NCBI GenBank assembly: GCA_963695545.1
Contig: OY968796.1
Location: forward strand, 2,432,001 to 2,496,000
DNA from: Terriglobia bacterium
GTDB lineage: Bacteria; Acidobacteriota; Terriglobia; Acidiferrales; UBA7541
Length of the DNA: 64,000 nucleotides
Reading direction: 5' to 3'
A program made the position numbers and the translations under genes. Position 1 is the stretch's first letter. The number at the start of each line of letters is the position of its first letter. The notes beneath the pieces were generated by a model that ran no database searches, was not told the origin of the DNA, and worked only from the letters and a program-made list of their open reading frames with translations. Shown here piece after piece: positions 48,412-57,699 of the stretch.

Positions 48412-49914
48412 ATGACGCCGTCGACAAACCAGCTTTTGAGCGCCGCCCAAGAGTGGCTTCTGATTGCGGCTGCCAGGGCGGCGCTCGTCCTGCTCATCCT
48501 TCCTGCCGCCGCGCTTGCGCCATGTGCGCGCGCGCAAGCCCAGGCTATCGTGCCGGGCGCCGCGGCTACTGCCTCGACTGCGGGGTTCGCGAGTGTCACG
48601 ATTCAGTCCAGCCAGCCCGGAAGTGTCGGACAGGATTTCCATCTTCTGGCCGACCGCTTAATACTTCGAAATTACTCGCTCAAGGATTTGATTGCCTTCG
48701 GATTCGATGAGGAGAGCGCCCTGATAATGGGCCCTCCGACGCTCGACACCAGGTACAACGTCGACGCGAAGGCCCCTGGGCCCTTCCCCGCCGCAGGAAA
48801 TTATGACGATCGAGAAGCGGTCCGCGCGATGGTTCGCAAGATGCTCGCGGACCAATTTCAATTGCAGGTTAACCGGGTCACGCAATCGGAGTCCGCGTAT
48901 GTGCTGACGGCGGGACCCGGCAGCGCCTATATCGGAGTGGCACCTTCGAGCGAACGTGGGCCGCTCCTGATGGTCGGCCCCACTCTCTTCACCGCCTCCG
49001 CAGTGCGCATGCACGATATCGTCAAGCAGCTATCGGACCGCTGGGGCCGGCCGGTGATTGACAGGACCGGCCTGAAGCAACGCTATGACTTCATGGTGAA
49101 CTGGGATTCGCAAACAGGCTCGTCGGCGCCCGACGTTCAGCAGCCTACACAGCCATCCGATCCAAGCCCGGAAGCGCTCGCGGCGCAGTTCAAGACCAAG
49201 CTCGGATTGACGTTGAAGTTGGAGCAAACTCCCGTCGAAGTGTTGGCCGTGGTTCGAGCGGAATCGCCCACGGATCTCCTTCCCGCCCGCGCCACTGTGC
49301 CGATGGACGCGAAACAGTTCGAGCAGTTCGTCGGTAGTTATGCGCTGCCCTTGAACCTCGTCGTCGCGATATCCCGCGACGATATCCACTTTTGGGCGCA
49401 CTTTTCGGGGAATCCACGCCAGGAAATATTTCCGGCTGGGCCGCGCGATTTTTTCTTCGAGGACGGCGATATGCAGATTTCGTTTGACGTGGACGCGCAG
49501 GGTCGAGCCACTGGGCTTCATCTGCAGGACCGTGGCCGGAACATTTTCTCGCCGCGGGTGGATGATGCGACGGCCAGTCAAATGATCGAGGCACACTTTG
49601 CAAAGCTTCGGGAGAAGACCGCCACGCCCGGAGGCGAGCAGGCCGTCCGTCGATTGATGGCGGAACTGGCTAGCGGCAAACCGGACTACGATCAGATGAG
49701 TCCGTGGCTCGCGCAGGCCACGCAGCAGCAACTGCCCGTCTTGCAGCCGGCGATCGCCGCGTTAGGGGCGGTGGTTTCCGTCAAGTTCATGGAAGTGGAC
49801 CCAGAAGGAGAGGACGTTTATCTCGTGACCTGTGAACACGGGGCACTGGAATGGCTCATCGTTTTGTCGCCCGATGGCACGATCAACAACGCGGGTACCC
49901 AGCCGGCTCCGTGA
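48412..49914 (+). CDS. TIGR03435-like soil-associated protein fused to a DUF3471-like domain
   Basis: RYNVDAKA, MLADQFQL, GRPVIDRTGL..RYDF, KLGLTL; C-terminal FVGSY...ISFDVDAQGRATGL. Confidence 0.75.
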   Translation: MTPSTNQLLSAAQEWLLIAAARAALVLLILPAAALAPCARAQAQAIVPGAAATASTAGFASVTIQSSQPGSVGQDFHLLADRLILRNYSLKDLIAFGFDEESALIMGPPTLDTRYNVDAKAPGPFPAAGNYDDREAVRAMVRKMLADQFQLQVNRVTQSESAYVLTAGPGSAYIGVAPSSERGPLLMVGPTLFTASAVRMHDIVKQLSDRWGRPVIDRTGLKQRYDFMVNWDSQTGSSAPDVQQPTQPSDPSPEALAAQFKTKLGLTLKLEQTPVEVLAVVRAESPTDLLPARATVPMDAKQFEQFVGSYALPLNLVVAISRDDIHFWAHFSGNPRQEIFPAGPRDFFFEDGDMQISFDVDAQGRATGLHLQDRGRNIFSPRVDDATASQMIEAHFAKLREKTATPGGEQAVRRLMAELASGKPDYDQMSPWLAQATQQQLPVLQPAIAALGAVVSVKFMEVDPEGEDVYLVTCEHGALEWLIVLSPDGTINNAGTQPAP

Positions 49915-49980
49915 GCGTTCCTTTCGCAACGTATCTGCGGTGTGAACGGGAATCGCGACCGCGTGAGTCGCGCCGCGCGC

Positions 49981-52179
49981 TTATCGCAGAAATGCGTCCG
50001 GCAATCCGCCGTCCACCACGAACACTTGCCCCGTGGTTTTTGACGAGCGATCCGAAACCAGAAAATACGCGGCCTCGGCTTGATCTTCCGGCGTGATCGC
50101 GGCTTTGGTCAGCGTGCGCTGGGCATAGAACTCCGACAACTTATTCCGGAGTGAATCGGTGTCCTCAGATTCGGCGTACGCGATCCCGTATTTCACGAGA
50201 GATGAAATCACGCGGTCGCGCGGGAACATCGTCGATCCCGCCACCACCGTCGCGGGCGCGAGTCCGTTGACGCGAATCAGCGGCGCGAGTTCCACGGCGA
50301 GCCCGCGCACCAAATGATTCGCCGCGGCCTTCGACGTGTCGTACGCCAGCGATCCCTTTTTCGAGACCACCGCGTTCACGCTCGTCGTCAGCACCAATGT
50401 CCCGCGCAGCCCCTGCCTCTCCCACACCGCGCGCGCTTCCTCGGCTACCAGGTAGCCGCCCTGCACGTTGATATCGAACGTCAGCTTCCATTGGTTGTCG
50501 GTCACGTGTCCTGTTTTATCCGGCGGCACGAAAATTCCGGCCGTCACAACCACGTGATCCACGCCGCCATACGCCAGCACGGTTTGCTTCATCAATTCGC
50601 GCACGCTCGCGCGATCCGTGATGTTCACGCTCAATCCCACCGCCGGTCCGCTGCGCGAAATCCCCGTGCCCGCGACGCCGATGCCCACGCCATACACGTC
50701 CGTCAATTCCTTCGCGGTGGCCGCAGCTGCTTCGGGATTCAAATCCGCGCAGACCACGTGCGCGCCTTCACGAGCCAGGCGATGCGCCACAGCGCGACCA
50801 ATCCCGCTGCCCGCGCCGATCACCACCACAACGGCCCGCGCCAATTCTTTTTCCGCGGGCATGCGCCGCAACTTCGCTTCTTCCAGCGCCCAGTATTCGA
50901 TGTCGAAAGCTTCCTGCTGCGGAAGCGCGATGTATTCGTCGATGGCCTCCGCGCCGCGCATCACCTCGACCGCGCAGTTGTAAAATTCCGCGGTGACGCG
51001 CGATTCGCTTTTGTCCTTGCCCCACCCGATCATGCCGACGCCGGGGATGAGCATCACGGTTGGATTCGGATCGCGCATCGCGGGCGAGCCCGGTCGTTTG
51101 CATCGCTCGTAATACGTCGCATAATCCTTGCGATATTGCGCAAGCCCCGCCGCGAGCTTTTGCTTCAATTCCTCGACGCTCTCTTTTTCGCCGTTCCAAT
51201 CGACATAGAGCGGCTTGATCTTCGTCCGCAGAAAATGGTCCGGACACGAGGTTCCAAGCTCGGCCAAACGCGCGGCATCACGGCTATTCACGAATCGCAG
51301 AATCGCCGCGCTTGATTCCACCGTGGCGATGAAGCGCCGCGCTTTTGAGATTTCGCCGCGCAGCCACGGCAGCAACTCGAACAAAATTTCGTTCCGCTTC
51401 GCTTCATCGAGCGTCGCATGCTTCGCGCCGCCGAAAGTTTTTTCGCCTTTGTCGCGCGCCTCGATGTACGCCGCCGCTTTTTCGATCAGCCCCAGCGTAA
51501 GCTCGTAGCATTCTTTATTGCCTTCGGCCCAATTGATCAGCCCATGCTGCCCCAGAATTACGCCCTTCCATTTCGGATTGGCGCGCGAGAGCCGCTCGAG
51601 CTCCAGCCCCAACTCAAATCCCGGCCGCAGCCATGGCGTCCATCCCAGCTCGCCGCCGAACACTTCGCGCGTCAATTCTTCCGAGCGCCGCGCCGCCGCG
51701 ATCGCAATCACCGCGTTGGGGTGCATGTGATCGATATTCCGCGCCGCCACGAACGCGTGCAGCGGCGTATCGATCGAAGCCGCGCGCGGATTCAGATTGA
51801 ACGCGCAGTGCGGATACATTCCGACCATCGTGTCTTCCGCCTCGGTCTTCGGACCGCGCGGCGTCATCCCCGCGTACATCGATTGCAGCCCCTTAAGCTT
51901 GTCTTCGTACAGCGAAGCAAAATTCGCGAGCGTGCTGGTGCGCAAATCTCCGCCCGATCCCTTCACCCAGAGCACCTCGACCTCGCGCCCGGTCAGCGGA
52001 TCGCGCTCCACAGTTTTCGCCGAAGTGTTGCCTCCGCCCGTGTTCGTGATCCGTTGATCGCTCCCCAGCAAATTCGAGCGGTAGACCAGGCCCTCGTGCG
52101 GCGCCAATTTCGCCGCGCGCTCGTCGTCCCACAGATAATTCACGTATTGCAGATGAATGGTTTCATTCCGTACGGTCAT
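49981..52179 (-). CDS. rhaEW: Bifunctional rhamnulose-1-phosphate aldolase / short-chain dehydrogenase
   Basis: YRSNLLGSD, GGGNTSAK, SIDTPLH, GTSCPDHFLRTK, EYWALEEAKL; SDR motifs GAGSGIG and YDTSK. Confidence 0.92.
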   Translation of the reverse strand: MTVRNETIHLQYVNYLWDDERAAKLAPHEGLVYRSNLLGSDQRITNTGGGNTSAKTVERDPLTGREVEVLWVKGSGGDLRTSTLANFASLYEDKLKGLQSMYAGMTPRGPKTEAEDTMVGMYPHCAFNLNPRAASIDTPLHAFVAARNIDHMHPNAVIAIAAARRSEELTREVFGGELGWTPWLRPGFELGLELERLSRANPKWKGVILGQHGLINWAEGNKECYELTLGLIEKAAAYIEARDKGEKTFGGAKHATLDEAKRNEILFELLPWLRGEISKARRFIATVESSAAILRFVNSRDAARLAELGTSCPDHFLRTKIKPLYVDWNGEKESVEELKQKLAAGLAQYRKDYATYYERCKRPGSPAMRDPNPTVMLIPGVGMIGWGKDKSESRVTAEFYNCAVEVMRGAEAIDEYIALPQQEAFDIEYWALEEAKLRRMPAEKELARAVVVVIGAGSGIGRAVAHRLAREGAHVVCADLNPEAAAATAKELTDVYGVGIGVAGTGISRSGPAVGLSVNITDRASVRELMKQTVLAYGGVDHVVVTAGIFVPPDKTGHVTDNQWKLTFDINVQGGYLVAEEARAVWERQGLRGTLVLTTSVNAVVSKKGSLAYDTSKAAANHLVRGLAVELAPLIRVNGLAPATVVAGSTMFPRDRVISSLVKYGIAYAESEDTDSLRNKLSEFYAQRTLTKAAITPEDQAEAAYFLVSDRSSKTTGQVFVVDGGLPDAFLR

Positions 52180-52212
52180 GGTCGGCCTTCCAAATCCGAA
52201 TAATTTTCTCGA

Positions 52213-52560
52213 TCAAGCCAGATGGAATACTTCGGTCAGCGAAGCGATCTGCTCGTCGGCGCGCAGCCCCGGAGCGCTCTCGAAGAAATCGGCCATCTCG
52301 TTTTGCCAGCGATGGTTCACGTCGGTCATGGCCATTTGTTCGATGGCCCGCGATAAATCCGGCGTCTCGACGTAACCGACCAGCAATCCATCCTCGCGCA
52401 AAAACAGCGAGTAGTTGTACCAACCGGCCTTGTGCAGCGCCTCGCGCATTTCCGGCCACACGTCGGCGTGCCGGCGCTTGTATTCTTCCAGGCGATCGGG
52501 TTTGACTTGTAACAGGAAACAGACACGCTTCACCGGCTCGTTGGCCATAGCGGACTTCAC
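52213..52560 (-). CDS. rhaM: L-rhamnose mutarotase
   Basis: EEYKRRHADVWPEM, NYSLFL, EVFHL. Confidence 0.92.
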   Translation of the reverse strand: MKSAMANEPVKRVCFLLQVKPDRLEEYKRRHADVWPEMREALHKAGWYNYSLFLREDGLLVGYVETPDLSRAIEQMAMTDVNHRWQNEMADFFESAPGLRADEQIASLTEVFHLA

Positions 52561-52771
52561 TCCTCCTAAGAATCAAGTCCCCTAAAATCGGGCGTAGATG
52601 GCCCGAACGCAACGATGCTCGCCTCTCGCGCTCGCATAGTTCCGGCTGCGGCGATGATATCACAATTGAACTTTTCGTTTTTCGCGCGCCACATCCGCCC
52701 GTGTTCCCCTGTCGAATTCTCTTTCCACTTGCTTGCATCGCGCGCCCCGCCATAGACTTGCGCGTTCCGTC

Positions 52772-54268
52772 ATGTCACGAGACGCCACTTGTCTGGCCTT
52801 CGATCTGGGCGCCGAAAGCGGACGCGCCATCATCGGCCGCCTGCGCTCCGGCAAACTTTCCATCGAAGAGCTTCGCCGCTTCCGCAATGAGCCCGTGCGT
52901 TACCACGGCGGCCTGCACTGGGACGCCCCGCGCCTGTGGCTTGAAATGCAAGCCGCGCTCGCTGCTCTGCCCTCCGCCGGCGCCGCCGACGCCATCGATT
53001 CCATCGCGGTAGACACCTGGGGCGTCGATTACGCCCTGCTCGGCGAAAATGGCGAGCTGCTCGGCAACCCTCATCACTATCGCGACGCGCGCACCGACGG
53101 CGTAATGCAGCGCGTACAAAAACAATTGACGCCGGAATTTATTTATCGCATCACCGGCATTCAATTTCTCCCCTTCAACACGCTCTTCCAATTGGCCGCA
53201 GCCGCCGAGCGCACTCCGCGCCTGCTCGCGCTCGCGCAGCACCTCGTCACCATGCCCGATCTATTTCATTTCTGGATGACGGGCAAAGCCGTCTGCGAGT
53301 ACACCAACGCATCCACCACGCAGTTCCTCGACATCCACACGCACGCCTGGTCCACCGAACTTCTCGCGAAGCTCGGCATCCCCACGCATTTCCTCTCGCC
53401 GCTCGTCGAAGCCGGCACGGTTCTCGGCCCGCTTGTGCCCGATTGCGTTGCTCGCGCCTCGAGCGCCCTCGCGCGCACCGTGGTCGTGGCCCCCGCGTGT
53501 CACGACACTGGCTCCGCCTTCGCCGCCGTGCACTCCGGCGCGCGCACCGCGCTCTTAAGTTCGGGCACGTGGTCCTTGCTCGGCACCGAATGCGCGAAGC
53601 CCGTCGTCAGCGACGAAGCCCTGCGCCTCAATTTCACAAATGAAGGCGGCGTGTTCGGCACGATTCGTCTGCTCAAGAACATCACCGGCATGTGGCTGCT
53701 CGAAAGTTGCCGCCGCTCCTGGGCCGCGAGTCATGACAAAGAATTCGCCCACGGCGATCTTCTCGCCGAAGCCGCCGCCGCTCCGCCGCTGCGGCATTTG
53801 CTTGACCCTGACGACCCGTCTTTCAGCCACCCGCCCGACATGCCCGCCGCGATCGACGCTTTCTGCCAGCGCACCGGCCAGCCCACGCCCGTCGCGCCCG
53901 GCGCCTGCGCCCGCGCGGTCCTCGAAAGTTTGGCGCTCAAATATCGCGTGGTCCTCGAAGCGCTCGAAAAGCTCGCCGGCGCGAAATTCGAGGAACTGCG
54001 CATCGTCGGCGGCGGCTCGCAAAACGATCTGCTCAATCAATTCGCCGCCGACGCCACGGGCCGCCGCGTCGTCGCTGGCCCTGTCGAGGCCACAGCGCTT
54101 GGCAATATCGCGATCCAACTCGTCGGCACCGCCGCAGTCGCCGATCTAGCGCAAGCGCGCGAACTCATCGCCGCGTCTTTTCCCCCGCGCATATTCGAGC
54201 CGCGCCACACCGCGCCGTGGGACAATGCCTATCGCAATTTCAAATCGCTTTTGTCTGTGCCGATGTAG
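52772..54268 (+). CDS. rhaB: Rhamnulokinase
   Basis: DLGAESGR, DTWGVDY, YRDART, HDTGSA, SSGTWSL, FTNEGG, GPVEATALGN. Confidence 0.92.
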   Translation: MSRDATCLAFDLGAESGRAIIGRLRSGKLSIEELRRFRNEPVRYHGGLHWDAPRLWLEMQAALAALPSAGAADAIDSIAVDTWGVDYALLGENGELLGNPHHYRDARTDGVMQRVQKQLTPEFIYRITGIQFLPFNTLFQLAAAAERTPRLLALAQHLVTMPDLFHFWMTGKAVCEYTNASTTQFLDIHTHAWSTELLAKLGIPTHFLSPLVEAGTVLGPLVPDCVARASSALARTVVVAPACHDTGSAFAAVHSGARTALLSSGTWSLLGTECAKPVVSDEALRLNFTNEGGVFGTIRLLKNITGMWLLESCRRSWAASHDKEFAHGDLLAEAAAAPPLRHLLDPDDPSFSHPPDMPAAIDAFCQRTGQPTPVAPGACARAVLESLALKYRVVLEALEKLAGAKFEELRIVGGGSQNDLLNQFAADATGRRVVAGPVEATALGNIAIQLVGTAAVADLAQARELIAASFPPRIFEPRHTAPWDNAYRNFKSLLSVPM

Positions 54269-54289
54269 CGGAGGCCTTCAGGCCTCCAT
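54263..54289 (+). repeat. GTAG-family REP element
   Basis: ATGTAGCGGAGGCCTTCAGGCCTCCAT, identical to 56897-56923; GTAG followed by palindrome GGAGGCC-TTCA-GGCCTCC. Confidence 0.75.
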
Positions 54290-54310
54290 GGCCGGTCCGC
54301 CGAGGAAACG

Positions 54311-55168
54311 ATGAAACTCTACAAACTCCAACACGGCGCCGCCGTCGAAATCGCGCGCAGCCTCTATCGTCTCCCCAGCGAAGATTGGGATGCCCTCCTG
54401 AATCGCGAAGACCTCTCGCGCTATCTCGCAAGCGCGATCAAGAAAATCCGCCCCTCCACTCTCGTCGCCGCCACGCCCAACGACATCCTCGCCCCCATCT
54501 CCAAACAAGAAGTCTGGGCCGCCGGCGTCACCTATCTTCGCAGCCGCACCGCGCGCCGCGCGGAATCGGAAGATTCCGGTGGCGGCAGCTTCTACGACCG
54601 CGTCTACACCGCCAAGCGCCCCGAACTTTTTTTCAAATCGAATCCGCAAAGCGTCGCAGGCCACGGCGAACCCGTGCGCATCCGCCGCGATTCCAAATGG
54701 AATGTTCCCGAGCCGGAACTCGTCGCCGCCGTCAACGCCCGCGGCAAAATCATCGGCTACACCATCGGCAACGACGTCAGCTCGCGCGACATCGAAGGCG
54801 AAAATCCCCTCTATCTTCCTCAAGCCAAGGTCTATCAACGCAGTTGCGCCCTCGGCCCCGGCATTCTGCTGGCGGAAAGCAATCTCCCGCGCACCACGAA
54901 AATCGATCTGGAGATCCTGCGCGCTAAGAAGGTGGTCTTCCGTGGCGATACAACTCTCGCGCAACTAAAACGCGCCCCCGCGAAGCTTGTCGAATTCCTC
55001 TACCGCGAAAACGCCTTCCCCCACGGCTGCTTCCTCTTCACCGGCACTGGCATCGTTCCCCCCGATACGTTCACGCTCGCACCGCGCGATGAAGTTCGCA
55101 TCTCCATCACCGGAATCGGCACGCTCTCCAACACCGTCGAACAGCTCGCTCCCAAGGCCCGCCCATAA
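54311..55168 (+). CDS. FAH-family protein, 2-keto-3-deoxy-pentonate dehydratase (KdaD/XylX)-like
   Basis: EVWAAGVTY, RPELFFK, VPEPEL, GNDVSSRDIEGENPLYLPQAK, TGTGIVP. Confidence 0.85.
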   Translation: MKLYKLQHGAAVEIARSLYRLPSEDWDALLNREDLSRYLASAIKKIRPSTLVAATPNDILAPISKQEVWAAGVTYLRSRTARRAESEDSGGGSFYDRVYTAKRPELFFKSNPQSVAGHGEPVRIRRDSKWNVPEPELVAAVNARGKIIGYTIGNDVSSRDIEGENPLYLPQAKVYQRSCALGPGILLAESNLPRTTKIDLEILRAKKVVFRGDTTLAQLKRAPAKLVEFLYRENAFPHGCFLFTGTGIVPPDTFTLAPRDEVRISITGIGTLSNTVEQLAPKARP

Positions 55169-55252
55169 TCCCGCGTCGGCAGCGCGCCTCGACGCGCTCA
55201 TTCCTCTGTTAGCCGCCATTTTCGGAATCGAGCCCTTGCGCGGACCGCGACG

Positions 55253-56785
55253 TCACTTACTCGGTGAGCCCGGATAATAGACCATCACGTACAAATCGTT
55301 CCCCAAAAGATTCGTGCCCTGGAAGCCGTTGCCGAACGAAAAATTCCACTCGAACCCTTCGGCAGGCCCATCAGTCTGGCAAGGCGACGCGGCGGTTTCC
55401 GCTGCGCACGCCCAGTAGAGATAAGGCTGAATATTGTGAAACGCCCCGACCTTAACGTCCGGCACCGCGACCACCGGCTCGCCACGGTGCAGCCCCAATT
55501 GTTTGTAAAACAACTCTCCCATTAAGCTGCCTGTGCAGCCATAAGCGGTCGTCCCTTTCATGCTGCACGTTGGATCGGGCGGCCCGGTCTCCGGCATCTC
55601 CCAGTTCGTTTGCCCAAGGTATCCGCGGCCTTGATCGGCGCTGTTCATCGCGGCGGTCCATTGAAGCGCAGTCGCGTGTTCCATCGAGCCGTCAGGGTTG
55701 ATGCCTGCAACGCCGAAAGTTTGTTTGGCCGCCAGATTGGCGTCCGCGAGCCACGTGACTTGTGAAATTGGATCGTACACGGTTTCGCCGCCGGGATTCA
55801 CTTCCAATCCCTGCCCAGCGGCCGGCGGCGTGCCCGGCAGCTTGCCCTTGATCATCGGCAGCACGTAAAGATAATTCAGCGTGACGTTGGCCCCTTGAAA
55901 TCCGCTGTTGAACGAAAAGCTCACAAATCCCTGTTTCGGATCGGCGGCTGCGGACTCGGACCAATACAAATACGGTTGGAAATCTTTGAATGGCCCGGCC
56001 GTCGTCGGAGGCATGGGCACGCCCGTGTTCGGCTCACGAAGTCCCAGCGACGCATAATATAAAGATCCCAGCGCGCTCTCCGAACAATTGAATCCGAACG
56101 ATTCGCCGTTGCGCCCCGTCTTCGCGCAGCTCGCGTCTTTGCTGGGTGCCGTCGGAAGCTGCCAGTTATTGTGACCGAGGTAACCAGCGCCATTATCGAG
56201 CGCGTTCATCGCCGCGACCCATCGCACCGCCGTCGCGTAGTCCATCGACCCGCTCTTATTGACGTTTGAGACTCCGAATGTTTGCTTGCCGGCCAGATTG
56301 CCGTCGGCCAGCCACGTGACGTTCAGGCTTGGATCATAAACAGTTTGACCGTCGGCGGCAGGCACCAGCGGCGCGCTCGCGGGCGCAGGCGCGGCGGCAG
56401 AAGAGCTTTGCCCGCCCCGGCACGCGCTCACCACCTGCGGATCTATTTTCGGCAGCGCTATCGAAGCCATCTTCGGCTGCGGCGTCCCTTGCACGATCGG
56501 CTGGTAGCACGCCAGCAAAATCCCATTGCGCGCCCCGCCGCCTTGAACGAAGCCCGCATTCTTGCACGCCGCTCTGATCTGCTCGCACGACCCTTGATCG
56601 GCCCGCACTTGCCCGTTGGTAAGCGCAAGGTCCAGCCCAAACAACGTCATCAATGCGATCAGCGCGCGGACGAGTGTTCGTCGGATGGAATCCATCTGGA
56701 CCCCCAGGCTCGCAGAGAAACTCTCGGAACCATACATCACTTTCTGATGGCCGACTAGATCTGACCCAGGATCGCGGTTGTTCAT
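55253..56785 (-). CDS. Secreted protein with two tandem DUF1566/Lcl-like domains
   Basis: Repeats GQTVYDPSLNVTWLADGNLA / GETVYDPISQVTWLADANLA, WQLP/WEMP, QPYLYW, FSF.NGFQG; start uncertain. Confidence 0.75.
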   Translation of the reverse strand: MNNRDPGSDLVGHQKVMYGSESFSASLGVQMDSIRRTLVRALIALMTLFGLDLALTNGQVRADQGSCEQIRAACKNAGFVQGGGARNGILLACYQPIVQGTPQPKMASIALPKIDPQVVSACRGGQSSSAAAPAPASAPLVPAADGQTVYDPSLNVTWLADGNLAGKQTFGVSNVNKSGSMDYATAVRWVAAMNALDNGAGYLGHNNWQLPTAPSKDASCAKTGRNGESFGFNCSESALGSLYYASLGLREPNTGVPMPPTTAGPFKDFQPYLYWSESAAADPKQGFVSFSFNSGFQGANVTLNYLYVLPMIKGKLPGTPPAAGQGLEVNPGGETVYDPISQVTWLADANLAAKQTFGVAGINPDGSMEHATALQWTAAMNSADQGRGYLGQTNWEMPETGPPDPTCSMKGTTAYGCTGSLMGELFYKQLGLHRGEPVVAVPDVKVGAFHNIQPYLYWACAAETAASPCQTDGPAEGFEWNFSFGNGFQGTNLLGNDLYVMVYYPGSPSK

Positions 56786-56896
56786 CTCCGAGACGGACGC
56801 CGCAGCTCAGCCGCTGCAAAGCCCGCGAACGCAAATCCACCGCGTGGAAGTCTCGAACGTGCCGCTCATTCTACCCAAGCGAGATTGCGAAGCTTT

Positions 56897-56923
56897 ATGT
56901 AGCGGAGGCCTTCAGGCCTCCAT
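56897..56923 (+). repeat. GTAG-family REP element
   Basis: Exact 27-bp copy of 54263-54289. Confidence 0.75.
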
Positions 56924-57329
56924 CTTGCCCTTGCGCCGGGCATGCTGGCGGGACAAAAAAATCCTCCGCCGCAAATCGCAGGATAACCGCGTAGTTGACA
57001 ACTCACTCCGCATATCGCCGCGCCTCTGCGATCACTGAGTCGATTGACCACTGAAAACGTTTGGGAAAACAAAAAAAATCCGGAGAGCCATCGCTCAGAT
57101 CGCGAGTGAGCCGGTCTGCGTCGACCAGCGGGCCATTTTCGCAGATGAAACAGCGGATGAAATCGCTCGCGGATGTATCAAATGCAATTTGTCGTTAACA
57201 TTCGAAGACTCAAGTGGACCGCCCGCGCGGACCATAACAGCATAGACTACAGTAGGATAGATTGCGCAAGCCTCCCCGAGGCGCGACACAATCCTTTCGA
57301 AACGCTCCGAGAACGTCCCCGACATTCTA

Positions 57330-57653
57330 TTCGAATAGTATACTGACAAAATACTCTTGACAGGTGTTGCCTTTTTCGCTATAAGGTGGTATGAAGACGC
57401 AACACTTCGTCGAATCGCCCCTCCGCCTTCCTACCCGAGGTCCATCGCGCGCCGACAGCCTCGCGGCACTTTGCGCTCGTTGCAACAAAACCCCCTATGT
57501 AAGCCCTTTGTTTTCAGAATCTTGCAAAAGAGTGCGCAACTTGTTGAAAACAAGACGTATCATGCCCCTTTCTTTTCACACTCATCCGCACTCTTTCCCT
57601 GCATCCCCTTTATTTGCAATACTTACGCAAAACATACCGGGGGTGTATATACG
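57330..57653 (+). repeat. Dispersed promoter-bearing element, copy 2
   Basis: TTGACA(57357)-N17-TATAAG-GTGGT-ATG(57391); shared blocks at 57521, 57573 and 57626. Confidence 0.8.
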
Positions 57654-57699
57654 GCTAGCGCGGCCAATCGAAGGCCCCACACAATCTAAACCACTTAGC

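Noticed and set aside
56975..57003. GCAGGATAA-ccgcgt-AGTTGACAACT as a further dif-like site
   Set aside because: The right arm lacks the TTA/TAA start and does not match the other sites.
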